This document shows positions 51,777 through 60,977 of a stretch of DNA of 64,000 bases, piece after piece. The stretch is from Candidatus Latescibacterota bacterium (GTDB taxonomy: Bacteria > Latescibacterota > UBA2968 > UBA8231): assembly GCA_965248355.1 (NCBI GenBank), contig OZ252098.1, forward strand, positions 1,854,423 to 1,918,422, in the 5' to 3' direction. Position numbers and translations under genes: made by a program. The notes under the pieces were generated by a model that saw only the letters and a list, made by a program, of their open reading frames with translations, was not told where the DNA came from and did not search any database. Each line of letters begins with the position of its first letter. The stretch's first letter is position 1.

Positions 51777-54700
51777 TCAGTGCGCAACGGCCTCCCTTTG
51801 TGACCCCGGAGCAGCCGCCGCTTCCGCCAGCGGCAGCAGCCACAGCACCTGCTCCGGCGCGTGGCGCTCGTCGGCGGGAATGCCTGCGGCGTGCACGGCC
51901 GCCGAGCCTTCCAGGCGCCCGTGGTTCCCGTGGGGCGACCGGTCCGCCAGCGGATCCGGCCCATCCATCGGCAACCAGCCCACCAGACCCGGCTCGTCGC
52001 CCCGCAGCCCTTCGTGCATGGACTGCCGGATCTGTTCCTGAGTGCGCGCCACGTTCCAGATCTGGGCGTCGTCGATCAGGGCCGCCGTGTGATCGTTATA
52101 GCCGCTGGCGCCGATCCAGACCGGATTGGTCGTCGAGTTGATCCGCCGGCCGTGGACCGGCTCTTCCGCCACCAGCTCGCCATTGACGAACACCCGCATG
52201 TGCCTGCCGTCGTAGGTGGCCGCGTAGTGCACCCACTCGTGGTAGGGCAGCCAGTAGCCCCGCAGGCCGGTCTGGCTGCCGTCCTCCCAGCGCAGGTGGA
52301 AGCCGCCTCGGGGCAGGTGCAGCACGTACGACCAGGTCTCGTCGGCCTGCCGCCACTTGCCGATGACGGTGCCGGCACCGCCGCCGTCGTCGACTCGATA
52401 GATCCAGGCCGCCATGGTGATCTGGTCGCCAATGTCGAGCGAGGCCGTCGGCTTCAGGTGCATGTAGCCGGGGTGGCCGCGCGTCGCAGTGACCTGCGAC
52501 AGCACGCTGTGCACGCTGTGTGACGGACCCACCTCGGCCAGCATCGACTGCACCCGCTGGTTGAAGGTGCCCCCCGCGGCGCGCAGAACCGTCTCGAGCT
52601 CGGGGCGCTCCTGGTCCACCGCGATATCGAGGGCCGAGCGACCGTCCCAGCGCAGTTGCTGAATCCGCGCCGGATCCTCGGAGAGGATCGCACGCACCCG
52701 CTCGACATCGCCGGTCGTCACCGCGGAGATCAGGTCCACGTGGGCGCCGCGGTCGAGGAGCAGCCCGATGAAGTCGTCACCGCAGCCCTCGTCCAGGGCC
52801 CGCTGCAGCGGCGTCCAGCCCTTGCTGTCGCGCCCGTTCACGTCGGCGCCGCGGTCGAGGAGGGCCGCGGCGATTTCGGTCTCGCAGCCGTCGGCGGCGT
52901 GGTTCAGCGGCGCGCCCGTCGTTCCCCGGTCCCAGATCAGCGGCGACACCTCGTGGAGGCGCCGGGGATCCTCGTCCAGCTCGGCCAGCAGCCGTTCACC
53001 GTTTCCGAGCATGACGAGGTGGGCCAGGTCGTAGGGCCCGCCCGCCTCGATCAGCATCTCGAAGGCCGGGATGTAGGTCCGCTTGTTGCGCTCCTGCGAG
53101 CCCTCCCTGGCCGTGCCGTGCATGACCTCCTCGGTGGGCTCGCCGCCGTGGGCCAGGTAGAGCTCGACCAACCGCGGGTTGCCGAAGAACCCCGCGTAGC
53201 CCATGGCCGTGCGGCCCTGTCCGCGCGCCTGGCCGCCTCTCGCGTTGACGTCGGCGCCGTGCTCGATCAGCAGCCGGGCGATCTCGTACTCGGCATCGCT
53301 GGCGTTGGTGTACACCGTGACGACGCGATGCAGGAAGGTGCTGCCGTGGACCGGCGCATCGGGCGAATGGATCCTCGCCGACGCCAGGCTCGGATCCCCC
53401 TCCAGCAGGGTCGCCACGGCGGCGGGGTCGTCGCGGTCGACGGCCATCATCATGTTCAGGCTGCCGGCCACCTGCCGGGCGGCGCGCACCGGATAGCGCT
53501 CGCCGGCGTCGATTCGAAAGTCCTCCATGAAGACGTCGCGCACGGCGATGCGCCACCAGCCGCCCGACGGCCCTCCGGGGCGACTGAAGTAGGCGATGAA
53601 GGGACGCAGCGCCAGGCCCCAGGCCGCCTCGCCGGTCACCAGGGTCTCGTCGTATCCGGCGCCGACGAAGGTGACGCCGCTGATCAGCTCGACATGGTTC
53701 GCGTACGTGCCGGGCGCCAGCTGCACGGTGTCGCCGTAGCTGGTCGCCGCCAGCGACCGCTGGATCGTCGCGAAGGGACGCTCGGCGCTGCCGTCGCCGC
53801 CGGGCGCCGCGTCGTCGTCGACGTGGAAGCGAGTGCCCAGGTCCTGCAGCGTGACGCTCACCGCCGAGGTCTCGCCGCTGTCGATGTCGACGCCCTCGGC
53901 GAGCGCCCGGTAGCCGTTGGTGTTCAGCCGCACCGTGTACGACCCCGGCGGCAGCGGCTGCCGGGCGAGGCCCTCGGCGTTCGTGATGTCGGCCATGACC
54001 AGCCCGTCGCCCTGCCAGACCTCGTACCGCGCCCCCTCGAGCGGCGCCTCGCCGCCTCGGGCGTCCACCTGCAGCGTGCCCAGCGGCCCGGCCGCCAGGA
54101 TGAGCCGGCCCACGTTGGGCGGCCGGTGCTTGGCGCGGTTGGGCGTCCACGCGATCCAGGCCGAGGTGTCCCCGGGCCCGTCGTTGTCGACGGCGACCAC
54201 GTCGAAGGACAGGATCAGCCCCGGCCGCAGCTCGACCGGCTCGTCGGCCGATTCGCCAAGGGCGGTCAGGGCCCACTCGTACACGCTGACGTCGCCGCGG
54301 CGCCCGAACACGGCCCGCGTGCCGACACTCTCGGCGGACTTCTCGTCGTCCAGGTGCTCGTGGTACACGGCGGGATTGCCGGCTTCGAAGTAGCCTCCGC
54401 CGGGCGGCACCAGGCTGTAGCAGTAGGGCGGCACGTGCAGAAGGCCGGCCAGGTTGATCTCGCCCGCGTCGGTGGCGCGCACGTTGTGCCAAGCCGTCTG
54501 CACCCGGTCGTCCCGGTGCTCCATGGCGACGTAGATCTTTTGCGCTTCGACGCTGTAGCCGACGCGGAAGCTCGGGCTGAAATCGGCGCTGATATCCAGA
54601 TCGGTGCCCGACAGATCGGTGGAGCCGTAGACGTCCGTGTTCTCCCGCGGCGTGAACACCGCCATGTCCCCGGGCCAGTCGTCGAGCTTCCCGTCGACGG

Positions 54701-54884
54701 TGATCCCCGACAGGGGCACGGCGAAGGCCGTCCGGCCGACGGGCGGCTCGACCGGCGCCGCCGGCTCCGCCTCGGCGCGCGGAGTCCCGGCGGCCGCTAG
54801 CCCCGCCGCCGCCATCACCACCGCGAACGCCTTGGCGGCAAACCGGCTGGTACGGCGCACCGCGCCGTCTCGCGTGAATTTCAT
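51777..54884 (-). CDS. 1035-aa secreted multi-domain protein: signal peptide, CBM9-like, carboxypeptidase-regulatory-like, pectin-lyase-type beta-helix, ankyrin repeats, C-terminal LamG/concanavalin-like lectin domain
   Basis: SD GGGAGG sits before ATG 54884. Signal MKFTRDGAVRRTSRFAAKAFAVVMAAAGLAAAGTPRAEA. CBM9-like ITVDGKLDDWPGDMAVF...SVYEWAL. CarboxypepD_reg-like GARYEVWQGDGLVMADITNAEGLARQPLPPGSYTVRLN. Beta-helix ...ERPFATIQRSLAATSYGDTVQLAPGTY... ANK LIEHGADVNARGG... and LLDRGADVNGRDSKGWTPLQRAL. LamG ...MAAWIYRVDDGGGAGTVIGKWRQADETWSYVLHL...VHYAATYDGRHMRVFVNGELV...IDDAQIWN. Confidence 0.75.
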   Translation of the reverse strand: MKFTRDGAVRRTSRFAAKAFAVVMAAAGLAAAGTPRAEAEPAAPVEPPVGRTAFAVPLSGITVDGKLDDWPGDMAVFTPRENTDVYGSTDLSGTDLDISADFSPSFRVGYSVEAQKIYVAMEHRDDRVQTAWHNVRATDAGEINLAGLLHVPPYCYSLVPPGGGYFEAGNPAVYHEHLDDEKSAESVGTRAVFGRRGDVSVYEWALTALGESADEPVELRPGLILSFDVVAVDNDGPGDTSAWIAWTPNRAKHRPPNVGRLILAAGPLGTLQVDARGGEAPLEGARYEVWQGDGLVMADITNAEGLARQPLPPGSYTVRLNTNGYRALAEGVDIDSGETSAVSVTLQDLGTRFHVDDDAAPGGDGSAERPFATIQRSLAATSYGDTVQLAPGTYANHVELISGVTFVGAGYDETLVTGEAAWGLALRPFIAYFSRPGGPSGGWWRIAVRDVFMEDFRIDAGERYPVRAARQVAGSLNMMMAVDRDDPAAVATLLEGDPSLASARIHSPDAPVHGSTFLHRVVTVYTNASDAEYEIARLLIEHGADVNARGGQARGQGRTAMGYAGFFGNPRLVELYLAHGGEPTEEVMHGTAREGSQERNKRTYIPAFEMLIEAGGPYDLAHLVMLGNGERLLAELDEDPRRLHEVSPLIWDRGTTGAPLNHAADGCETEIAAALLDRGADVNGRDSKGWTPLQRALDEGCGDDFIGLLLDRGAHVDLISAVTTGDVERVRAILSEDPARIQQLRWDGRSALDIAVDQERPELETVLRAAGGTFNQRVQSMLAEVGPSHSVHSVLSQVTATRGHPGYMHLKPTASLDIGDQITMAAWIYRVDDGGGAGTVIGKWRQADETWSYVLHLPRGGFHLRWEDGSQTGLRGYWLPYHEWVHYAATYDGRHMRVFVNGELVAEEPVHGRRINSTTNPVWIGASGYNDHTAALIDDAQIWNVARTQEQIRQSMHEGLRGDEPGLVGWLPMDGPDPLADRSPHGNHGRLEGSAAVHAAGIPADERHAPEQVLWLLPLAEAAAAPGSQREAVAH

Positions 54885-55020
54885 TCCCGATTGCCTCCCG
54901 GCTCTCGCGCAGGCACCAGCGCAGCTCGTCGCCATCGTGCTCAACTCTCCTGTCGCGCTTACTATCATGGGGCCGCTCTCATAGGGCCGCTCGGCCTGCC
55001 TTCCACCCGGAGACTCCTCG

Positions 55021-56022
55021 ATGACCAGTCCCGAACCGATCAACTGGGGAATCCTGAGCACCGGCCGCATCGGCTCCACCGCCTTCATCCCCTCGGCCCG
55101 GGCCACCCCCGGCGCCCGGGTCCACGCCGTGGCCAGCCGCAGTCAGGACAGGGCCGACGCCTTCGCCCGCCAGCACGACATCCCGGTGGCCCTGGCCGGT
55201 TACCAGGCCCTCGTCGAACATCCCGAGATCGACGCCATCTACATCTCGCTGCCCAACTCGCTCCATGCCGAGTGGACCCTGGCCGCGGCCCGGGCGGGCA
55301 AGCACGTGTTCTGCGAGAAGCCCCTGGCCGTCACCGCGGCCGAGGGCCGGCGGATGGTCGCCGCCTGCCGCGAGGCGGGGGTCCTGCTCTTCGAGGCCTT
55401 CGTCTTCATGCACCACCCCCAGAGCCGGCGCCTTCTGCAGATCATCGGGTCGGGGGAGATCGGGGCCCTGCGCCACATCGATGCCGGCATGACCTTCGTC
55501 GTCGACGATCCCGCCAATATCCGCATGATCGAGGCGCTGGGCGGCGGCAGCATCTACGACGGCGGGGTCTACCCCATCACCTTCTCACGCTTCATCGCCG
55601 GCGCCGACCCCGTGAGCGTGCTGGCACACATGCGCTTTGACGAGCACGCCGGGGTCGACGTGGCGGTCTCGCTGATTCTCGAGTTCCCCGGCGGGCTCAC
55701 GGCGACCTTGTACTGCGGCTTCCAGGGCCGTGGCGGCGCCCATGCCCGGATCACCGGGGACCGGGGCCGGGTGGTGGTGCCCAGCCCCTACCATCCCGGC
55801 CCCGAGAGCCGCTTCGAGGTCGTCCCGGCCTCCGGCGAGGAGCGCACCGAGACGACCCGCACGGGGACCCCGCCGTTTCAGCCCGCCATCCACTTCTTCC
55901 AGCGGTGCATGCGCGCCGAGGAGACCCCCGCGTACATGGCCGACCACGCCGAGGGCACCCTCAGGGTGGTGGAGGCGGCCTTTGCATCCGCCCGTACCGG
56001 CCGGCGGGTGGATCTGGCCTGA
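55021..56022 (+). CDS. Gfo/Idh/MocA-family oxidoreductase
   Basis: INWGILSTGRIGSTAFIPS... plus HVFCEKPLA fits this family. Confidence 0.85.
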   Translation: MTSPEPINWGILSTGRIGSTAFIPSARATPGARVHAVASRSQDRADAFARQHDIPVALAGYQALVEHPEIDAIYISLPNSLHAEWTLAAARAGKHVFCEKPLAVTAAEGRRMVAACREAGVLLFEAFVFMHHPQSRRLLQIIGSGEIGALRHIDAGMTFVVDDPANIRMIEALGGGSIYDGGVYPITFSRFIAGADPVSVLAHMRFDEHAGVDVAVSLILEFPGGLTATLYCGFQGRGGAHARITGDRGRVVVPSPYHPGPESRFEVVPASGEERTETTRTGTPPFQPAIHFFQRCMRAEETPAYMADHAEGTLRVVEAAFASARTGRRVDLA

Positions 56023-56029
56023 GGGAAGG

Positions 56030-57916
56030 TCACTCCGCCACCACCTTGATCTGCAGGCTCCGGGTGCCCTCGAGCAATAGATCGACATCCTCCTGGGTGG
56101 AGACCGTCGGCGGGGGCCCCGGGTTCTGGGGGAAGAAGCCGTTCCCGGAGTCCCCCCCAGACCCGGCCTCGCCACCCTCCACCGGAAGGGGCATGAGGTA
56201 GGTCAACCGGGCCTTCAGCTGGACGCTCTCGTCCGCCCCGTTCACCCGGTCGAAGACATCCTCGACCGTCTCCTCGCCATCGTCACCCGGAAATCCGAAG
56301 CCGTCCAGGAACCCGAAGAAGGGGTCCACGCCCCCTCCGGCGTCCGGCCCCAGTTCCGCCGCCGAACCGGCCTCGAGCTGGTAGACGCCGGTGGGCAGGG
56401 TATCCGGCAGGCTGAGGGCCAGCTCGATATCCCGGTCGCTGCGCCGCCCCACGCGCATCGAGGTCGTGACGGTCAGCATCTCCCCCGGGCTGACGACGGT
56501 GTCGGCGGCGACCTCGACCAACGTGGCGAACCGGGGCTCGGAGATCACCTCCACATGGACCTCGGCCTCCCGGATCCGCAGGACGTAGTCGTTCCGGGAC
56601 ATGATCTGCCCGAGCACGTCCGACAAGTCGAACCAGGCGTTGTCAACCAGCGAGAACAGCCTCCCCGCCGGGGACGCGTAGAGGCGGGAGCGGGAGAGAG
56701 TCGAAGCCGTGCCCGCAAAGGAGATGTCCGTCGTCACCCGAAGGCTGTGGTTCCCCTCGTTGTCGATCCGGTTGAACAGGGGGGCGAAGGAGGCGTTCGG
56801 GAGGAGCCCCCCCTGGTTGACGCTGGCGGGCATCCTGTGCACCAGCTCGACCTCGGCCCCCGAGGCCAGGGTATACACGGCCGTGACGGGCACCAGCTCC
56901 GGCCCCCCGTCGAGGACGCCGCGCACGGCGGGCAGGCTGTCCTCGGTGAGGGTGCCGCGGACCGTGGGGTTCAGGGCGGCGAACTTGAACGGCGCCGACA
57001 AGTTGGAGATCTCTCCGAGGATCCGTCCTTCGATGATGGGCAGCTCCACCGGGCCGCTCTGACTCATGGGATGTCCGAACCCGTGGATCCGGTCGCCGTC
57101 GACGTAGGAGATGGTTCCGATGGCACCCGCGGTGATCTCGCCAGTCAGGAGGCCGACGACGAGCGGCCGGCCGGCCTCGAAGCTCTCCTGGCGCTCCTGG
57201 GTCAGACCCGCCGCGGCCGCTCCGGCCAAGGGCGATCCCGCGACCGGAGGCCGCGCGCCATGGAGTCCCGTGCTCACCAGCGGGGTTTCCAGGGGCGTGA
57301 TGCGGGCACCTCCCCAGGTGGCCACGGGTTTGGCCAACGGTACGGTCGAGCGCTCGCCGATCACCCATTCGATCGGGGTTGCGAAGAAGTAGTACGGCGG
57401 ACTGTCCTGGGCGCTGAACCCGTAGGCGATGGCCCCCCAGGTGCCCTCCTCCGAAAAGACGGGCGACCCGCTCATGCCCCGGGCGATCCCGCCGAGCTGG
57501 ATCAGGACCGGGTCGGAGGCCTCCACCATGATCACCGGCATGGGCGGCAGGAAGTCGTCCACCACCTGCACGAACCTCATCTCCAGATCGGCGAGCTCGC
57601 CGTTGGCGAACTCGGTCCGCATGTACAGGGGCATGCCCCCGGGCATGGACCGAACCGAGTCGATGGGGACGATGGCCGACAGATCCCAGGGCAGCAGCTC
57701 TCCGCTGGGCCTCAGGACCGTCTCGCCGGCGGCCGCCAGGGAATCCGCAGCGGTCTCCATGGAACCGGCGGCCGCCAGCATTGAATCGGCTGCGGCAATC
57801 ATCGAATCGGCCGCCGCGGCCCTCGGGTCGACAGCGGTCGGTGCGGCATCATCGTCGTCTCCACAGGCCCACAGGCCGAGAAAGAGCAGCGGGAGCAGCA
57901 CGGAACGGATGGACAT
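56030..57916 (-). CDS. lipoprotein peptidase, S55 (SpoIVB-like) family candidate, 628 aa
   Basis: SD AGGAGG sits before ATG 57916. Lipobox LFLGLWACGDDDD. GIARGMSGSPVF resembles the S55 catalytic-serine motif (G-x-S-G-S-P). The N-region has AAADSM/AAAGSM repeats. Confidence 0.55.
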   Translation of the reverse strand: MSIRSVLLPLLFLGLWACGDDDDAAPTAVDPRAAAADSMIAAADSMLAAAGSMETAADSLAAAGETVLRPSGELLPWDLSAIVPIDSVRSMPGGMPLYMRTEFANGELADLEMRFVQVVDDFLPPMPVIMVEASDPVLIQLGGIARGMSGSPVFSEEGTWGAIAYGFSAQDSPPYYFFATPIEWVIGERSTVPLAKPVATWGGARITPLETPLVSTGLHGARPPVAGSPLAGAAAAGLTQERQESFEAGRPLVVGLLTGEITAGAIGTISYVDGDRIHGFGHPMSQSGPVELPIIEGRILGEISNLSAPFKFAALNPTVRGTLTEDSLPAVRGVLDGGPELVPVTAVYTLASGAEVELVHRMPASVNQGGLLPNASFAPLFNRIDNEGNHSLRVTTDISFAGTASTLSRSRLYASPAGRLFSLVDNAWFDLSDVLGQIMSRNDYVLRIREAEVHVEVISEPRFATLVEVAADTVVSPGEMLTVTTSMRVGRRSDRDIELALSLPDTLPTGVYQLEAGSAAELGPDAGGGVDPFFGFLDGFGFPGDDGEETVEDVFDRVNGADESVQLKARLTYLMPLPVEGGEAGSGGDSGNGFFPQNPGPPPTVSTQEDVDLLLEGTRSLQIKVVAE

Positions 57917-58380
57917 ACATCCTCCTTTTTCTACACGGCGTAGAAGTGTGTGTGTCGTTGTGTACTCATGCGTATCGATGCAGGACCTGGCGCGAAGCTG
58001 CGCAGAGGGCTGCGCGAAGGGGCGCGCGCCGCTCGCCAAGGAGCAGGCGCAACGCGCCCTGCGTCAGGATCCGCCCTGCCGAATCAGACGAGCCCTGTCG
58101 GGATTGGTTCCCTTCTCGAGGTCAGACAGGGGCCGGCAGTTCGACGCTCCTGGCGAATACGGAGCGATGTTGGAAACAGCCGGCAAAGCTGGGCGGCGCC
58201 GGGCAAACCTACCCCTCCCTGGCTGCACCGGCAACATCGATCCCGCCCGTCACCACGGCCCACGGACAACGCGAAGAACCACGGCAACGCCTCGAACGCG
58301 GGACCGCGGGCGGGGCCACCGGGGCACTTGAGCCCCTCCCCGCCTTGCCCTTCCTTCCGGCGCCAGGGAGCAAGCTGCGG

Positions 58381-59436
58381 ATGAGCGATACGGGAGAGTG
58401 GGGACTGTCCCGGGGCGAACGGGCCCCCGACTTCGTGGCCCCCCTCGAGGGAGCCGGGCCGGCCCGCTTCTATGCCCGGGCCGGGGGCCGGCCCGCCGTG
58501 GTGATCTTCACGCCGCGGGTGTGCGCGGCGACACAGGCGGCCCTCGAGGCCGCGGGGGACGCCGCCAGCGGCCACGTGGTCGTGCCTGACGCGGCCGAAG
58601 CGCCCCCCCTGCCGGAGATCGACGTGTTCCGCGACGACGGCAAGCTGAGGGCCGCCTTCCGGCTGCCCGAGGACGGATCCCCCCGCGCCATCGTCCTCGA
58701 CCGCAACCTGCGCGCCCTGGAGGCTCTCGTCCTCGACGGGGAGCCCGCCGCCGCCCGCCTGGCGGATCTCCTGCGCCAGGCCTCCGGCGAGGCCCCGGCC
58801 GCCACCGTCACCGCCCAGGCCCCTGTGCTGTTCGTCCCCCGCGTCCTGGATCCCGATCTCTGCGAGCATCTGCAGCAACTCTGGTCCGCATCGCACGCCG
58901 ACACCGGCGTCGAGCGCTCGGCCGGCGGGCGCCGCCGGGAGGTGCTCGCGGCGGAGGCCAAGCGCCGCCGGGACCACGTGGTGGAGGAGGCGGAGCTTCT
59001 GCGGCTGCTCACCCGCACCCTCGGCCGCCGGCTCCTGCCCGAGGTGCGGCGCGCCTTCGCCTTCGGCGCCGACCGCTTCGAAGGCTTCAAGATCGCCTGC
59101 TACGAGGCCTCCTCCGGCGGCTTCTTCGCCCCTCACCGGGACAACCTCAGCCCGGCCACCGCCCACCGCCGCTTCGCCCTGTCCCTCAACCTCAACGACG
59201 GCTACCACGGCGGCGAGCTGCGCTTCCCCGAGTACGGGGCGGCCCTCTACCGCCCGGCCGCCGGCGAGGCCCTGGTGTTCTCCTGCGCCCTGCTGCACGA
59301 GGTCGTGCCGCTGACCCGGGGGCGCCGGTTCTCCCTGCTCTCCTTCCTCTTCGGGCCGCAGACGGCGCGCGCCGCGACCGGGGAAAGAGCGCTTAACCCT
59401 CCACCATCAGCCCGTGACGGGCACGGAGAGAGCTGA
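58381..59436 (+). CDS. fusion of an N-terminal thioredoxin-like (redoxin) domain and a C-terminal prolyl-4-hydroxylase-type 2OG-Fe(II) oxygenase domain
   Basis: N-part MSDTGEWGLSRGERAPDFVAP...PAVVIFTPRVCAATQAAL (one Cys, redoxin-like). C-part ...FFAPHRDN...RFALSLNLNDGYHGGELRF...EALVFSCALLHEV has the HxD...H P4H pattern. Confidence 0.65.
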   Translation: MSDTGEWGLSRGERAPDFVAPLEGAGPARFYARAGGRPAVVIFTPRVCAATQAALEAAGDAASGHVVVPDAAEAPPLPEIDVFRDDGKLRAAFRLPEDGSPRAIVLDRNLRALEALVLDGEPAAARLADLLRQASGEAPAATVTAQAPVLFVPRVLDPDLCEHLQQLWSASHADTGVERSAGGRRREVLAAEAKRRRDHVVEEAELLRLLTRTLGRRLLPEVRRAFAFGADRFEGFKIACYEASSGGFFAPHRDNLSPATAHRRFALSLNLNDGYHGGELRFPEYGAALYRPAAGEALVFSCALLHEVVPLTRGRRFSLLSFLFGPQTARAATGERALNPPPSARDGHGES

Positions 59437-59437
59437 A

Positions 59438-60703
59438 ATGCGCATCACCGATATCGAGGTCATCCCCCTGCGCATCCCCTACGAGGACCGCCTGCGCAGG
59501 CGCTATCACCACTTCGCGATGCAGGAGGAGGTGACGCTCTACAAGTTCCACACCGACTCGGGGCTCGTCGGCCTCGGCGAGAACCCGGGGCCGCCGATGG
59601 CCGCCGAGGTGGTCGAGGCCTACGCCGGCACCGACCCCTTCGACCACGTCATGAGCACCGGCCCCTTCAACCTGGACATGGCCTGCTACGACCTGATGGG
59701 CAAGCATCTCGGCGTGCCCATGTGGAAGGTCCTGGGCCAGCAGGTGCGCCAGTGGGTGAGCATGGGCTGGTGGATGCCGAGCATGTCCCCCGAGGACTCG
59801 GCCGCCGAGGTCCGGGCCGCCGCCGGGCGCGGCTACCGCGGTCTGAAGTGCAAGGCCCGCGCCTTCTACGACGTGGTCGAGCAGGCCCGGGCCATGCAGG
59901 AGGCGGCCCCGCCCGACTTCCGGGTCGAGTTCGACTTCAACGGTTCCCTGGTCGACGTCGAGCGCGCCCTGCCGATCCTGCGGCAGCTGGAGGAGATCCC
60001 GGTCGTCAAGGGCGTGGAGGAGCCGATCTTCGCCTACGACGTGGAGGGCTGGCGGCGTCTGCACCAGGAGATCCGCATCCCCTTCTACCTGCACGGCGTG
60101 GGCACGATCTTCGACGGACCCTCCCGGCAGCCGTCGGGTCCGTGGCTCGGACTGCGGGCCGGGGACTTCGACGGCGCCTTGTGCAGCCACGAGAACGTGC
60201 GCAACGCCATGGCCGCCTCGTGGGCCTTCGCCGCCGCCAACACGCCGATCCTGCTGCAGTACGTGGGCACCGGGATCACCGCCGCCTTCGCCTGCCACCT
60301 GGGCGCCGTCATGCACACGGCGACGCTGCCGGGCGTGACCGCCCACCACACGCGGGACGACCTGATCGCCGAGCCCCTGGTGATGCAGCGGGGCTTCATG
60401 AAGGTCCCCGAGGGCCCCGGCCTGGGGGTCGAGCTGGACGAGGACGCCGTAGCGCGCTTCCGGGAGACGCCGGCCGCCGACTGGCCGCGCCACTTCTCCG
60501 TGGTCACCCTGCCCGGGGGCCTGAGGCACTACTACCGCGATCTGCGGCAGGCCGAGGGGCTGATGAAGCAGGGCGTGGACGAGGCCTTCGCCCCCGGCGT
60601 GCGCCTCACCGAGCGCGAGGACGACGGCAGCGAGGAGTTCGACCGCATCTGGAACCGGCTGCAGGGGCAGGACTGGCCGATCTGGGAGACGGAGGGGGCG
60701 TGA
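59438..60703 (+). CDS. enolase-superfamily enzyme (mandelate racemase/muconate-lactonizing-enzyme family)
   Basis: MRITDIEVIPLRIPYE...GLVGLGEN...LKCKARAF...EFDFNGSL...EEP... has the capping domain followed by the K-x-K and D-E-D barrel pattern. Confidence 0.85.
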   Translation: MRITDIEVIPLRIPYEDRLRRRYHHFAMQEEVTLYKFHTDSGLVGLGENPGPPMAAEVVEAYAGTDPFDHVMSTGPFNLDMACYDLMGKHLGVPMWKVLGQQVRQWVSMGWWMPSMSPEDSAAEVRAAAGRGYRGLKCKARAFYDVVEQARAMQEAAPPDFRVEFDFNGSLVDVERALPILRQLEEIPVVKGVEEPIFAYDVEGWRRLHQEIRIPFYLHGVGTIFDGPSRQPSGPWLGLRAGDFDGALCSHENVRNAMAASWAFAAANTPILLQYVGTGITAAFACHLGAVMHTATLPGVTAHHTRDDLIAEPLVMQRGFMKVPEGPGLGVELDEDAVARFRETPAADWPRHFSVVTLPGGLRHYYRDLRQAEGLMKQGVDEAFAPGVRLTEREDDGSEEFDRIWNRLQGQDWPIWETEGA

Positions 60704-60963
60704 CCTCGCCTGTGGGAGGGAGCGGCGGCCCCGACGCCGGCCAGCTGCGCGCCATGCAGGCCGGCGACTACGTCCTGCTGGCCCGCGGCCGGGAGTTGAT
60801 CCGGGTGCCGGTCCGCAAGACGCGGCTGCCCCTCGATCCCGTGGGCCGACGGCGAGTCCTTCCTGACCCTCACCGGCTCCTGCTACGCCGACGTCGACTC
60901 CGGCTGGGACGCGGCCATCGGCACGACGCGTTTCGCCCTCATCCGCTGGCGGCCCGTGGACTG
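60700..60963 (+). CDS. small ORF with apparent frameshift (weak)
   Basis: GTG 60700 overlaps the racemase stop (GTGA). The N-frame gives ...RAMQAGDYVLLARGRELIRVPVRKTRLPLDPV. From about 60840 the +1 frame reads protein-like WADGESFLTLTGSCYADVDSGWDAAIGTTRFALIRWRPVD* and ends at 60963. Confidence 0.2.
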
Positions 60964-60977
60964 AGCGGCGCCGGCCT

